This document shows positions 1 through 8,585 of a DNA stretch of 64,000 nt, piece after piece. Every line of letters starts with the position of its first letter. Positions within the stretch are counted from its first letter, which is position 1. Position numbers and translations under genes: made by a program. Location: positions 4,000,001 to 4,064,000 of the forward strand of contig CAXXKJ010000002.1 of NCBI GenBank assembly GCA_963675295.2. Direction: 5' to 3'. A model generated the notes under the pieces. It had not been told where the DNA came from, did not search any database, and saw nothing but the letters and a program-made list of their open reading frames with translations. Source of the stretch: a bacterium. GTDB lineage: Bacteria; Electryoneota; Electryoneia; Electryoneales; Electryoneaceae.

Positions 1-2168
1 ATTGCGGAATCGAGCCGGCGTTCGCCGGTGTCCGGGTTGATCGTAAACACATCATCCGGCTGGACGTAGTCGGTGATGTTTTCCGCCTTCAACGTCAGCG
101 CAAACTGATCCCACGACTTGCGTAGACCGAGGTCCATGATCACGTAGGCGGGCGACTGATCACGTCCGCGTCCGTCCGGCAATTCCTGCGGGCCGAACAC
201 GCGGCCGTCCACGTTTGCCCGCAAGCCGATCCCGGTCCACTCCTTGACCAGGGACGCGCCGGCGGTGTAGAAGCTGCGCATCTCTTCCTTGCGCCACTCG
301 GTGCCGTCGTGATACTGGATGTCGGAAACGGTTCCGTGCAGGTTCGTGCTCCAACCCGGATCGAATGCATAGCCGAGCTGCAATTCGACGCCACGGCTGA
401 ACGCGTCGTCGGCGTTGGTGTACATCACTTCACCCGTTTCCGCGTGCCCGAAGGCGACCACGACCTTGTTGTCGAAACGGGTGTAGAACCCGGTCAGGTC
501 AGCGGAGAAGGCCTGACTCGAGCTGCCTCCGCGATACTGTGCGGTCAGGCTGCCGCCCGCAGTGCGTTCGGCATCCAGGTCTTCGGGGATGACGATGTTG
601 TCAAAGCCGGCGTGCGCGGCCTTGTCGAGGCTGAAGAGAGTGACAATCCGGTAGCCCAGTCCGGCCGATCCGATGAACGACCAGCTGTCGTCCGGGCTGA
701 AACGCAGCGACGCGCGCGGGGTGGCGATGTAGCCGTCCCCGTCGTACAGCTCGTTGAGCACGCTCGCCCGTGCCTGCCAGTGTTCGCTCGGCAGCCACTC
801 ATGCTGCAGCAGCAGGCCCGGGATGTAGTCGGTGCGGTCAGTCGGGGACGACAGCCGCAGGTTGTCGTCATAGACTTCGTGCCGGTACTGCAACCGTGCC
901 ATCGACTTGTGCGAAACGTTCCAATCACGGTTGACGGTAAACCGGGCAAGACCGATCACCTGCACGGCGTCGTATTCCGTCGTGCCGTACCACGAATCAT
1001 GCTGGTGGAAGGCGTACGCGCCGTCCAGCTTCCAGAAACCCCAGTCCTGCGCTTTCGAGACGAAGCTGACTCCGGTGTCGACACGCCGGGTCTGGATGTC
1101 GCGTCCATAAACGGTTGCGCTGCCGCGATCATCCTCAGTCCAGTGGGTTTCCCCGGCGAAACGATCTTCGCCGTAGCCACGGACCCGTGTGGTCAATGCA
1201 CCGGCGGGAAGTGCACGCTTGGACGACAACGACAGGTTGAACCGGGTGTAGCTTGGGGTGTCGGTGAGGCCATCGCTGTTACGATCGATCTTGCGCGGTT
1301 CGGCGCCGTAGTTGGCGTTGATTCGCACCGGCATATCGGCCACCGGGACGGTGATCGCGCCGTTCAGACGGTGGCGTCCGGTCTCGCCCGCCATGGCCGA
1401 AATCTCGCCGGTGGGCAGTTCGGCAAGGCTGAGATCAGGCGAATTGGTTACGAGATTAACCGCTCCGGCCATCGCTCCCGCGCCTGCATCCGAGCGGGTT
1501 CCGCCCTTGCTGATCTCGACTTGCTCGAGATCGGACACGTTGATCCCGTCGAGGCCGTACAACGCACCGAGCCCGGACAGGATCGGCAATCCGTCCACAT
1601 TGATCTCGGTGTAGGACGGGTCCAGTCCCTGCATGCCGACACCGGCCGACCCGCACAACGCGCACGGCTTGGTATCGAGTCCCGATCCACCTGCCAGCGC
1701 GGACAACAGGCCGCCGTCCGCGGACTGTTCTTCAAGGTCGTGACTGGTCAGCACTTCGACCCGCTCCGCGCCATCGTTGACCGGGCCGGACTGGGAGCGT
1801 TGGGTTTCAAACGTGACCTGTTCCAACGCGACCGCGTCCTGCTCCAGCTGGATCGTGAGCTCGGCATGGCCATGATCGTGATCATGGTGATCCGATTCCG
1901 GGTCGAAGGTCAGGGATATTGTCTTATAGCCGAGCAGACTGATGGTGATCGTCACGTCGTGATCAGGCGCATCATGAATGAAAAACTCGCCGTCCAGATT
2001 GCTGGCGGCACCGAGTCTGGTGCCTTCGACGACGACGTTCGCGCCAGCGAGACGTTCACCGTTCTGGTCGACAATTCTGCCGTGAATGTCAGCCGCCAGT
2101 GAGGGAACAGCCAGCATCAGGAATACGACTACAGCGATGCTGTATCGCGAAAATAGCTGTAACTGCAT
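1..2168 (-). CDS. TonB-dependent outer-membrane receptor with N-terminal carboxypeptidase-regulatory-like domain (3' end runs off the window)
   Basis: Absent from the ORF track because it is open to the window edge. Manual translation from ATG 2168 gives MQLQLFSRYSIAVVVFLMLAVPSLAADIHGRIVDQNGERLAGANVVVEGT..., a His-rich linker HHDHDHGH, and plug motifs CALCG...GLDPSYTEINVDGLP...LEQVEISKGG...AGAVNLVT. The + strand ORF 309..2102 is its antisense shadow. Confidence 0.9.
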   Translation of the reverse strand, partial: MQLQLFSRYSIAVVVFLMLAVPSLAADIHGRIVDQNGERLAGANVVVEGTRLGAASNLDGEFFIHDAPDHDVTITISLLGYKTISLTFDPESDHHDHDHGHAELTIQLEQDAVALEQVTFETQRSQSGPVNDGAERVEVLTSHDLEEQSADGGLLSALAGGSGLDTKPCALCGSAGVGMQGLDPSYTEINVDGLPILSGLGALYGLDGINVSDLEQVEISKGGTRSDAGAGAMAGAVNLVTNSPDLSLAELPTGEISAMAGETGRHRLNGAITVPVADMPVRINANYGAEPRKIDRNSDGLTDTPSYTRFNLSLSSKRALPAGALTTRVRGYGEDRFAGETHWTEDDRGSATVYGRDIQTRRVDTGVSFVSKAQDWGFWKLDGAYAFHQHDSWYGTTEYDAVQVIGLARFTVNRDWNVSHKSMARLQYRHEVYDDNLRLSSPTDRTDYIPGLLLQHEWLPSEHWQARASVLNELYDGDGYIATPRASLRFSPDDSWSFIGSAGLGYRIVTLFSLDKAAHAGFDNIVIPEDLDAERTAGGSLTAQYRGGSSSQAFSADLTGFYTRFDNKVVVAFGHAETGEVMYTNADDAFSRGVELQLGYAFDPGWSTNLHGTVSDIQYHDGTEWRKEEMRSFYTAGASLVKEWTGIGLRANVDGRVFGPQELPDGRGRDQSPAYVIMDLGLRKSWDQFALTLKAENITDYVQPDDVFTINPDTGERRLDSA

Positions 2169-2283
2169 GAATGGACTCCACTATCGCACGGACAGACCTC
2201 TTCCCTGCTGAAGGAGAGAGACCGGTCACACGTTTGCTGTCATCTGAGCCGTGCTGGCTCAACGAGAGAGAGCTTGGGTGTGG

Positions 2284-2685
2284 TCACGACAGGGAGTGTT
2301 TCGGAACGTGATCGATGGAAAGCAGCAGCGCATCTTCCGGCCGCTGGTCGGGGATGGTCGTCAGGGTGAACTCATCCGCCGGGATCACCATACCATCCTG
2401 CGAGGTGAGGTAGGCGGCGAGTTGGATCATCACCTGCACGCTAGCGCAGTCGTTGCAATCATGCCCTTTTTCACTGCAGCAGGAATCGTCGGCAGCGGAT
2501 GAGCAGCAGGGACAATCTTCGTCCATGTCCATGTCACAACAAGCGTCAGCGGCTGAATCCGCGGTCAATCCGAGCGGTTTGTCCGAGGCAAACACGATGG
2601 GTTCGCCCGTTTGCGCGAGCACGCCCATGCTGGCAAACACCAGCACAAGGAAAGCACTCAAAACGCTGTGGACGATTTTTCGCAC
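2284..2685 (-). CDS. Small exported Cys-rich protein (HYC_CC_PP/DUF2946-like) upstream of TonB receptor
   Basis: From GTG 2685: MRKIVHSVLSAFLVLVFASMGVLA signal/TM segment, a CC..CPCC..CC..HDCNDC cluster and a C-terminal IDHVPK. Same strand as, and directly upstream of, the receptor. Confidence 0.7.
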   Translation of the reverse strand: MRKIVHSVLSAFLVLVFASMGVLAQTGEPIVFASDKPLGLTADSAADACCDMDMDEDCPCCSSAADDSCCSEKGHDCNDCASVQVMIQLAAYLTSQDGMVIPADEFTLTTIPDQRPEDALLLSIDHVPKHSLS

Positions 2686-2827
2686 GAGACTAACTTTCGC
2701 TAACTCTATGTAAATACTTGCGCTTGACCCTTGAGTATACAACGGCCCGGAGACTTTCGCAAGCTGTCCGGTCTGACAGGCACACGTCTTCCCTCCACGA
2801 GATGTTCCCAGCAGCGGTGGGCGTGCC

Positions 2828-3622
2828 ATGAATCGCTATCTTCGAGAACAACTGGCGACGACACAGGACGGAGCAGGCGTGAGCATAGACGACGGCAAGG
2901 TGGCGATCATCAGCGGCGGAACTCGTGGGCTCGGGGCAGCGTTCGCGCAGGCGTTGCTCGATCAGGGCTGGCGGGTGTGTGTCTTCGGACGGCGGGACAG
3001 CGACTTCGTGCAGCAGGCGCGTGCGAACGGCGACTGGTCGGACCAGTTCATCGCGCGGACGGTGGATGTCCGTGACAGCGCCGCGACGCAGCAGCTGGTG
3101 CGCGAACTCAACTCCACCTGGGGCCGGATCGACCTGCTGGTGAACAACGCCGGGGTGTCGGTGCCGTCACTGATCGCGTTGGCATCGGACGACTACCTCG
3201 ACAAGCACCTCGACACCAACCTCGGCGCGGCGATGCGTCTCACGCGGCAGGTGGTGCAAGTCATGCTGCCGCAACGCTCGGGCAAGATCATCAACATCAC
3301 CAGCGTCGTCGGCTTGCGTGGCTACACCGGCATGGCGGCCTATTCCGCCGCGAAAGCCGGGCTGGACGCGGTCACCCGCAGCCTCGCGAAAGAACTGGGG
3401 CCGGCGGGGATCACAGTCAACGCCATCGCGCCGGGCTACATCCCGACCGAGATGACGGAGAAAATGCCGGAAGCGGTGGTCAAGTGGAACCTCGACAACA
3501 CTCCTCTGGGACGGCTGGCGACGATCGAGGAATACGTCCCGCCGTTTCTGTTCCTCGTCAGCGACGGCGCGAACTTCATCAACGGGCATACACTGGTCGT
3601 GGATGGTGGGTTGACGGCGTAA
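2828..3622 (+). CDS. Short-chain dehydrogenase/reductase, FabG-like 3-oxoacyl-ACP reductase (start possibly GTG 2879)
   Basis: GGTRGLG Rossmann motif, NNAG, YSAAK catalytic motif, NAIAPG, VDGG C-terminus. Confidence 0.9.
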   Translation: MNRYLREQLATTQDGAGVSIDDGKVAIISGGTRGLGAAFAQALLDQGWRVCVFGRRDSDFVQQARANGDWSDQFIARTVDVRDSAATQQLVRELNSTWGRIDLLVNNAGVSVPSLIALASDDYLDKHLDTNLGAAMRLTRQVVQVMLPQRSGKIINITSVVGLRGYTGMAAYSAAKAGLDAVTRSLAKELGPAGITVNAIAPGYIPTEMTEKMPEAVVKWNLDNTPLGRLATIEEYVPPFLFLVSDGANFINGHTLVVDGGLTA

Positions 3623-3721
3623 GGGTGAAGTGGATAGCGGAGAAGCCGCGATGCTGTCACAAACGGACGTGACGGTCAATCACGAGCACCTTGCAGGCTG
3701 TTGGCTATGGGCTGGGGTCGC

Positions 3722-3759
3722 GAGATGTGAGATGTGAGATGTGAAATGCGAGATGTGAG
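3722..3759. repeat. Heptamer tandem repeat (GAGATGT)n
   Basis: gagatgt-gagatgt-gagatgt-gaaatgc-gagatgt-gag read directly. Confidence 0.8.
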
Positions 3760-3762
3760 TAA

Positions 3763-3800
3763 ACTCTATTACCACGGACTTCAGTCCGTGGTAATAGGGT
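3763..3800. repeat. Palindromic REP-like element, family B (TTACCACGGACTnnAGTCCGTGGTAA)
   Basis: Long inverted repeat. Near-identical second copy at 26272-26297. Confidence 0.8.
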
Positions 3801-3828
3801 GTCATCCTGAATGCAGTGAAGAATATCC
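3800..3828. repeat. REP-like element, family C (GTCATyCTGAAyG..GTGAAGAA)
   Basis: tgtcatcctgaatgcagtgaagaa matches the copies at 3853-3867/4412-4420 and the inverted copy at 4454-4487. Confidence 0.6.
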
Positions 3829-3867
3829 AGATTATCTGCATTTGACAAAGACGTCATTCTGAACGAA

Positions 3868-4411
3868 ATAAACTACCCCGCAGCAAGCTACGGGGTATCG
3901 ACTACTCACAGCTCAAGTCGACTTTGATGTAGCGGCTGGTAGTTAGCTTCTGTACCTTGGTTCATAACGTATTTTCTGATTGTATTTTCGTCACCGTGCG
4001 GACCTACGGTGGATATATAATAACCTTTTGTCCAAAATTCCCCACCCCAGAGCTGCTTTTTAACTTTGGGTTGTCGGATAAACATCTCTCGTGCTGTTAT
4101 GCTCTTTATAGTTCGTACTAATTTTGTAGCACTCATGGTTGGCACGGATTGCACTAAGAAATGCACATGATCTCTATCTATTCCAATTTCTATAAATTCT
4201 ATTTCATAACGTTTTTGGATTTCAAAGCAGATATCCTTTAATGTTAAATCTATCTCAGGTTCATCAAATACAACACGACGGTATTTCGCTACACATACAA
4301 GATGGTATAGCAATATCGATACGTTGTGTTGTTTTCGGATCAGCTCAGACATTCCACAAGAAACCAACTGCAGCTGGCCGAAGCAAGCTTCGGGGCATCA
4401 ACCGCACTGGA
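3868..4411 (-). mobile_element. IS200-type (IS200/IS605 family, tnpA only) insertion sequence, 544 bp
   Basis: Subterminal hairpins taccccgcagcaagctacggggta (3874-3897) and ccgaagcaagcttcgg (4378-4393). AT-rich. Removing 3868-4411 restores an intact family C REP with no target duplication. Confidence 0.85.
3906..4352 (-). CDS. tnpA: IS200/IS605 family Y1 transposase TnpA
   Basis: YHLVCVAKYRR, HUH motif DHVHFLV, LWGGEFWTKGYYISTVG, catalytic Tyr in IRKYVMNQG. Confidence 0.95.
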   Translation of the reverse strand: MSELIRKQHNVSILLYHLVCVAKYRRVVFDEPEIDLTLKDICFEIQKRYEIEFIEIGIDRDHVHFLVQSVPTMSATKLVRTIKSITAREMFIRQPKVKKQLWGGEFWTKGYYISTVGPHGDENTIRKYVMNQGTEANYQPLHQSRLEL

Positions 4412-4453
4412 GTGAAGAAGATCGGGCTTAATTGACCGTTATCTAAGCTGGAC

Positions 4454-4487
4454 CTTCTTCACTTCTCTTCGTTCCGTTCAGAATGAC
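4454..4487. repeat. REP-like element, family C, inverted copy
   Basis: cttcttcacttctcttcgttccgttcagaatgac is the reverse complement of GTCATTCTGAACG...GTGAAGAAG. Confidence 0.7.
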
Positions 4488-4528
4488 GCCCTCGCACATG
4501 ACACCGACCACCGACTACCGTGTACCGC

Positions 4529-6103
4529 CTACCGTCTTTCCCCCTTGGTGAACGTAAACGATCCCAGCCCCATGTCACGGTTGCCGCTGGGGCCACCAGG
4601 TGGAACAGGTGAGAAATCTCCAATATGAATTTCGTAAGTGTACTCACCCGGAGGTGCGGTGGCAGGAATGTCGAGCGGGACAGAGGGCCTGTACAACGTT
4701 CCACCCGGTTGCAGTGTCACCGTGATCTGCTGTAGCTGCAACCTGTTCCCGGCGGGTGTGGTGACTGTGGCCCAGACGTCAAAGGGCGTCGGATCGAGGA
4801 GGATGTTGCTGACAGCTGCAGCGTAGTGAAGTGTCATACCTTGGGGTGGAATGATCGTCACCTCAGGTTCAAGCTGGATTTCTATCTCAGGTTCCCACTT
4901 CATCAACGCGAGATCTTCTGAATCATCACCGCCTTGTGAGATTGGATACCATGAAGCGATGATCGAGCCGTCACGGCCTTGGTCGATACAGGAAATCTTG
5001 CCTTCCGGTTGCTGGTACAACCAAAGCATCTCTCCGCTTGAAGACACCTTCATCAACCACAGGTGATACCAGTAATCCGGACCTGAGCTCACTCCACCAG
5101 CGGCAACATTGCCATCGGCCAGGACTGTCAAATGATAGGCCCTTTCGGAACTGGGATTGCCTGCCTCAGGATTGTTTACTAACAACGACCAGATGACCGA
5201 TCCATCTGGATTCCGCTTGGAAACATAGAAGTCAATATGTGTTGTATCTCCCGGAGCTCGCACCGTACCACAAGCATACAGATATCCATCTCGATCTTCC
5301 CGAACGCAATAAGCTTCTCCGCTGAGCGGAAGGTCGATCATGGCTTCGTCGTCAAGCCACAGTGTGTTTCCAGTAGAACTCACCTTGTAAAGCGTAAATA
5401 CACGCGTCTGTATGTCTTGGTTGTAATGCTCGGTTGGAACAATGAAACCGCCATCCGTAGTAGGTTCTACCCATTCTGGAGCGTTGAAAGGGTCTGGATG
5501 TTCCCATTCCCATAGGATAGCTCCAGTCGTACTGAATCGAACGATTTTCGAATGGCCGACATACCCAACTGCGATGTATCCGCCCGCAGGGACTTCCCGC
5601 ACCGCATAGAAGAGATCACCGATGGAACCGCTGTCAAACACCCGCGCCCATTCCTGTTCGCCATTGGCGTCAAGCTTGCGAATGAAGGCGTCGAACCCGA
5701 CCCCCGTATGGTATGACCAGGTTTCACCACACTGGATGAATCCGCCATCGCTGGTTGGCTCGATATAGTGCCCCGCGTCGGTTGATGTTCCGCCTTCGAT
5801 GTTCAACCAGATTTCATTGCCTTCCTGATCCAGACAGGCGGTCCAGACCTGGTAAACAGTCGACATGTAGCGAGTAAATCCGGTAGCAATATATCCACCT
5901 GACGGAATTGCTCGGACGGCGTCCATGTATTCCATGTTTGAACCATAATGCCACGTTCGAGTCCACAGGGGGTCGGGAGGCTGGGCGGTGACGGCGGACG
6001 CGATCAGCAAGGCGAGGGCGATCAGGAAGAGGACCATAGGGAAACGAGTCAAATGGTCGAACGTCAGGAAACGGCGTGTCCGTGTCGGAAACTGGCGTGT
6101 CAT
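4529..6103 (-). CDS. Secreted beta-propeller-like repeat protein with C-terminal Ig-like domain
   Basis: Hydrophobic signal segment, repeated W..xDGGF/YI..G..KLDxNGxxxW units, and a C-terminal IIPPQG...PAGNR...APPGEYTY domain shared with other secreted proteins in the window. Confidence 0.8.
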   Translation of the reverse strand: MTRQFPTRTRRFLTFDHLTRFPMVLFLIALALLIASAVTAQPPDPLWTRTWHYGSNMEYMDAVRAIPSGGYIATGFTRYMSTVYQVWTACLDQEGNEIWLNIEGGTSTDAGHYIEPTSDGGFIQCGETWSYHTGVGFDAFIRKLDANGEQEWARVFDSGSIGDLFYAVREVPAGGYIAVGYVGHSKIVRFSTTGAILWEWEHPDPFNAPEWVEPTTDGGFIVPTEHYNQDIQTRVFTLYKVSSTGNTLWLDDEAMIDLPLSGEAYCVREDRDGYLYACGTVRAPGDTTHIDFYVSKRNPDGSVIWSLLVNNPEAGNPSSERAYHLTVLADGNVAAGGVSSGPDYWYHLWLMKVSSSGEMLWLYQQPEGKISCIDQGRDGSIIASWYPISQGGDDSEDLALMKWEPEIEIQLEPEVTIIPPQGMTLHYAAAVSNILLDPTPFDVWATVTTPAGNRLQLQQITVTLQPGGTLYRPSVPLDIPATAPPGEYTYEIHIGDFSPVPPGGPSGNRDMGLGSFTFTKGERR

Positions 6104-6219
6104 TGGGCGCCTCGGTGGATTTGAGTTGAGGCAATATACGACCAAAGCGAAGCCCGTGACCGGCACCGAAGGTGCCGCATGTGAGAGTTGAACGACGTGC
6201 GCCGTCATCCGATTCCAGA

Positions 6220-6459
6220 CTATCCCCTACCGGGTAAATCCTTCCCGAACACCTCGTCCCGGCATTTCGGGCAGTAGCAGGGCGGGTCCTGGATTGTCTT
6301 GGCGAGTTCGGTACAGCAGTTGTCGAGACCGGCGAAGCGTCCGCAGATGAATTCGACGCCGCAGCGTTCACAGGTACGCCGGTGTGCGGTCGCAGCGGCT
6401 TGTGCGGGGTTCTTGCTGCGCAGTTTGCGGTGGGCGATGGGTTTGCGGCGGTTGATCAC
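6220..6459 (-). CDS. Cysteine-rich CWC-family-like small protein
   Basis: CERCGVEFICG...CC...CYCPKC pattern. Overlaps the stop of the upstream gene. Confidence 0.65.
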   Translation of the reverse strand: MINRRKPIAHRKLRSKNPAQAAATAHRRTCERCGVEFICGRFAGLDNCCTELAKTIQDPPCYCPKCRDEVFGKDLPGRG

Positions 6460-6707
6460 GACCGGCTCCCGGACTCCTTGTCCCGGTTGGCGTCGCTGTC
6501 CGAACTGGACCCGGACGCCTCGTCGTGATGCACTTCGCGGTAGTTCACATCAACGACATCGTCCTGGTCGTAGCTGACTTCGGCGTCCTTGTGGTCGCCG
6601 GACTTGACCTTTGCGTCTCCGGATGTGCCGAACAGGTTGCCGGCAAAGTTCTTTAGTCCCTTCCACGCGAGGTACGCTCCGAGTCCGAGAATCAGAAACT
6701 TGAACAT
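6456..6707 (-). CDS. Small membrane-anchored hypothetical protein
   Basis: N-terminal TM (MFKFLILGLGAYLAW), acidic tail with DVVDVNYREV. Starts 2 nt after the dNK stop. Confidence 0.7.
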   Translation of the reverse strand: MFKFLILGLGAYLAWKGLKNFAGNLFGTSGDAKVKSGDHKDAEVSYDQDDVVDVNYREVHHDEASGSSSDSDANRDKESGSRS

Positions 6708-6709
6708 GG

Positions 6710-7357
6710 CTACACCTCGGTCGCCGGGTTGTAATAGGACAGGCCGCCGGGCGCGTTCATGATCTGGTTGAACAGATCCTCGAACTGATCGGGGTTGCGG
6801 ACAAAGTCGAGCGTGGTCGCATTCACGATCATCAGATCGCTCGCTTTGTAGCGGAAGAAATGATGGTTGTACGCCTCGACCAGCGCCTCGATGTATTCCG
6901 GGTTCATGCCACGCTCGTACTCACGGTCACGGAGGCGGATGTTCCGCATCAGGCGTTGCGTGTTCGACTGCAGGTAGACGACGAGGTCCGGGATCGGCGC
7001 GTCCCGTTCGAGCAGATGCGCGACGGTGTTGAACAGCGTGACCTCGCGTTCCTCGAGCGTAATCGCGGCGAAGATGCGGCTTTTGCTGAACAGGTAGTCG
7101 GTGACGAGATGCTGCGCGAACAGGTCGGACTGGCGCAGCTCATCCACCTGCTGCCGGTGACGGCTGAGCAGAAAAAACAGTTCGGTCTGGAACGCGTACC
7201 GCCGGGGGTCCTTGTAGAAATCCGCGAGGAACGGATTTTCCTCGTGCTGTTCGACCACAAGCTGCGCGCTCAGCCGTTTGCTGATCATGTCCGCCAGGGT
7301 GGTTTTCCCCACCCCGATCACACCTTCGATGATGATGTACTGGCGTTCGCTGCTCAC
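6710..7357 (-). CDS. Deoxynucleoside kinase
   Basis: IEGVIGVGKTT P-loop, NPFLADFY, FQTELFFLLSR, PDLVVYL, R.R.YE lid. Confidence 0.93.
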   Translation of the reverse strand: MSSERQYIIIEGVIGVGKTTLADMISKRLSAQLVVEQHEENPFLADFYKDPRRYAFQTELFFLLSRHRQQVDELRQSDLFAQHLVTDYLFSKSRIFAAITLEEREVTLFNTVAHLLERDAPIPDLVVYLQSNTQRLMRNIRLRDREYERGMNPEYIEALVEAYNHHFFRYKASDLMIVNATTLDFVRNPDQFEDLFNQIMNAPGGLSYYNPATEV

Positions 7358-7428
7358 GCGATACCCGGCGGATAGTTAGCTGGTTGCGTTCGAAGTGTAA
7401 TGCACAAGAAGATAGTCAAGCAAAGGTG

Positions 7429-8100
7429 CTACGAGCGTTTTTGCGTCTCGCGCCACTCATACCACGGCTGCTCGCCGAGCGCGTGGACCTCGCCCTGGTC
7501 GGGACAGACGGCCAGAAGTTCGTTCAAATTCGCCTGATAGCCGGGCAGGATTGTTTCTCCAGGCAACAGATCGAGCAGCGGCAGAAGCACAAACCGGCGC
7601 TCGTGCAGACGGGGATGCGGCACCGTCAGTGCTTCTTGTTCGATCCGTTGCTCGCCGAACACGAGGATGTCGATGTCGAGCCGGCGTGGTCCCCAGCGGG
7701 TTTCGTCGGGACGGTGCCGGCCGGCGTCGCGTTCAATCCAACGGATCAGGTTGAACAGGGATTCAACGGAACCAGTCCATGGAAACGCGACCGCCATGTT
7801 GAGGAAATCCGGCTGGTCAGGGACACCCCACGGGCTGCTCGTGTAGAGCCGGCTGGTGCGGATGGGCGACGTGACACCAGATGTGCCCGTGTTTGGTTGC
7901 AAACGCGGCTGATCATCTCCTGATGTGCCCGTGTCTGCTTGCAGACTCGGATTAACAGGAGTTGGATCATTCTTGATGCAAGCCGCGAGCGTCTGGATCG
8001 CCTTCGCAAACGCCACTTTCACATCCCCCACATTCCCCCCGAGTCCGAGCACAACAGGGACTGTTTCAACAGTGGACTGGTGGGCGGGGGTGGACGTCAC
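7429..8100 (-). CDS. folK: 2-amino-4-hydroxy-6-hydroxymethyldihydropteridine diphosphokinase with a repeat-derived insertion
   Basis: LGLGGNVGD, QPDFLNMAV, RWGPRRLDIDIL, LTVPHPRLHERRFVLLPL. Confidence 0.93.
   Translation of the reverse strand: MTSTPAHQSTVETVPVVLGLGGNVGDVKVAFAKAIQTLAACIKNDPTPVNPSLQADTGTSGDDQPRLQPNTGTSGVTSPIRTSRLYTSSPWGVPDQPDFLNMAVAFPWTGSVESLFNLIRWIERDAGRHRPDETRWGPRRLDIDILVFGEQRIEQEALTVPHPRLHERRFVLLPLLDLLPGETILPGYQANLNELLAVCPDQGEVHALGEQPWYEWRETQKRS
7883..7952. repeat. Two 28-bp palindromic repeats (family D, 42-bp period) inside folK
   Basis: gtgcccgtgtttggttgcaaacgcggct and gtgcccgtgtctgcttgcagactcggat match the reverse complement of intergenic 11140-11167. Confidence 0.8.
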
Positions 8101-8105
8101 GTGGC

Positions 8106-8498
8106 TTACTTCCGGCGGAGGATTTCGACTTCGTACCCGGCGGACGGTCCCGGCAGCGGGACACGATCCTTGTGGAAACGGACTCGTACCGCCTCAGCGG
8201 CGAACTTGGACAATAGGGCGTCCGCGATGTTTTCCGCGATGGTTTCGAGCAGGTGACGCGGCGGGCCGGTGACGATTTCCCGCACGGCGCGGTAGATGTC
8301 CGCGACATCGGCGGTGTCGCTCAGCGAATCACTTTCGGCGGCGGGCCGGGTGTCGAGATACAGCTCGACGCTCACCCGGAACATGGCACCGAGTTCACGT
8401 TCGGCCGGAGAACAGCCGTGCCGTCCCTGAAAATTCATTTCCTGGACGCGGATGACGTCCAACCCGACGAGATCAGCTTGTGTTGCGCGTGAAGTCAT
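8106..8498 (-). CDS. folB: Dihydroneopterin aldolase
   Basis: F.GRHGCSPAERELG, SDSLSDT, LLETIAENIA, VRFHK. Adjacent to folK. Confidence 0.92.
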   Translation of the reverse strand: MTSRATQADLVGLDVIRVQEMNFQGRHGCSPAERELGAMFRVSVELYLDTRPAAESDSLSDTADVADIYRAVREIVTGPPRHLLETIAENIADALLSKFAAEAVRVRFHKDRVPLPGPSAGYEVEILRRK

Positions 8499-8526
8499 GT
8501 TGCCCTCCTTGCGCTATGGTTCAGCG

Positions 8527-8570
8527 ATTAATTTGGGGACACTTTGTCCTCAAAGTGTCCCCAAATTAAT
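8527..8570. repeat. REP family A hairpin downstream of RAYT (GGGGACACTT-tgtcctca-AAGTGTCCCC)
   Basis: Perfect 20-bp arms attaatttggggacactttg / caaagtgtccccaaattaat. Confidence 0.9.
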
Positions 8571-8585
8571 AAACGATTTAATGAT

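Noticed and set aside
309-2102. 597-aa + strand ORF
   Set aside because: Antisense shadow of the minus-strand TonB-dependent receptor, with no recognisable motifs.
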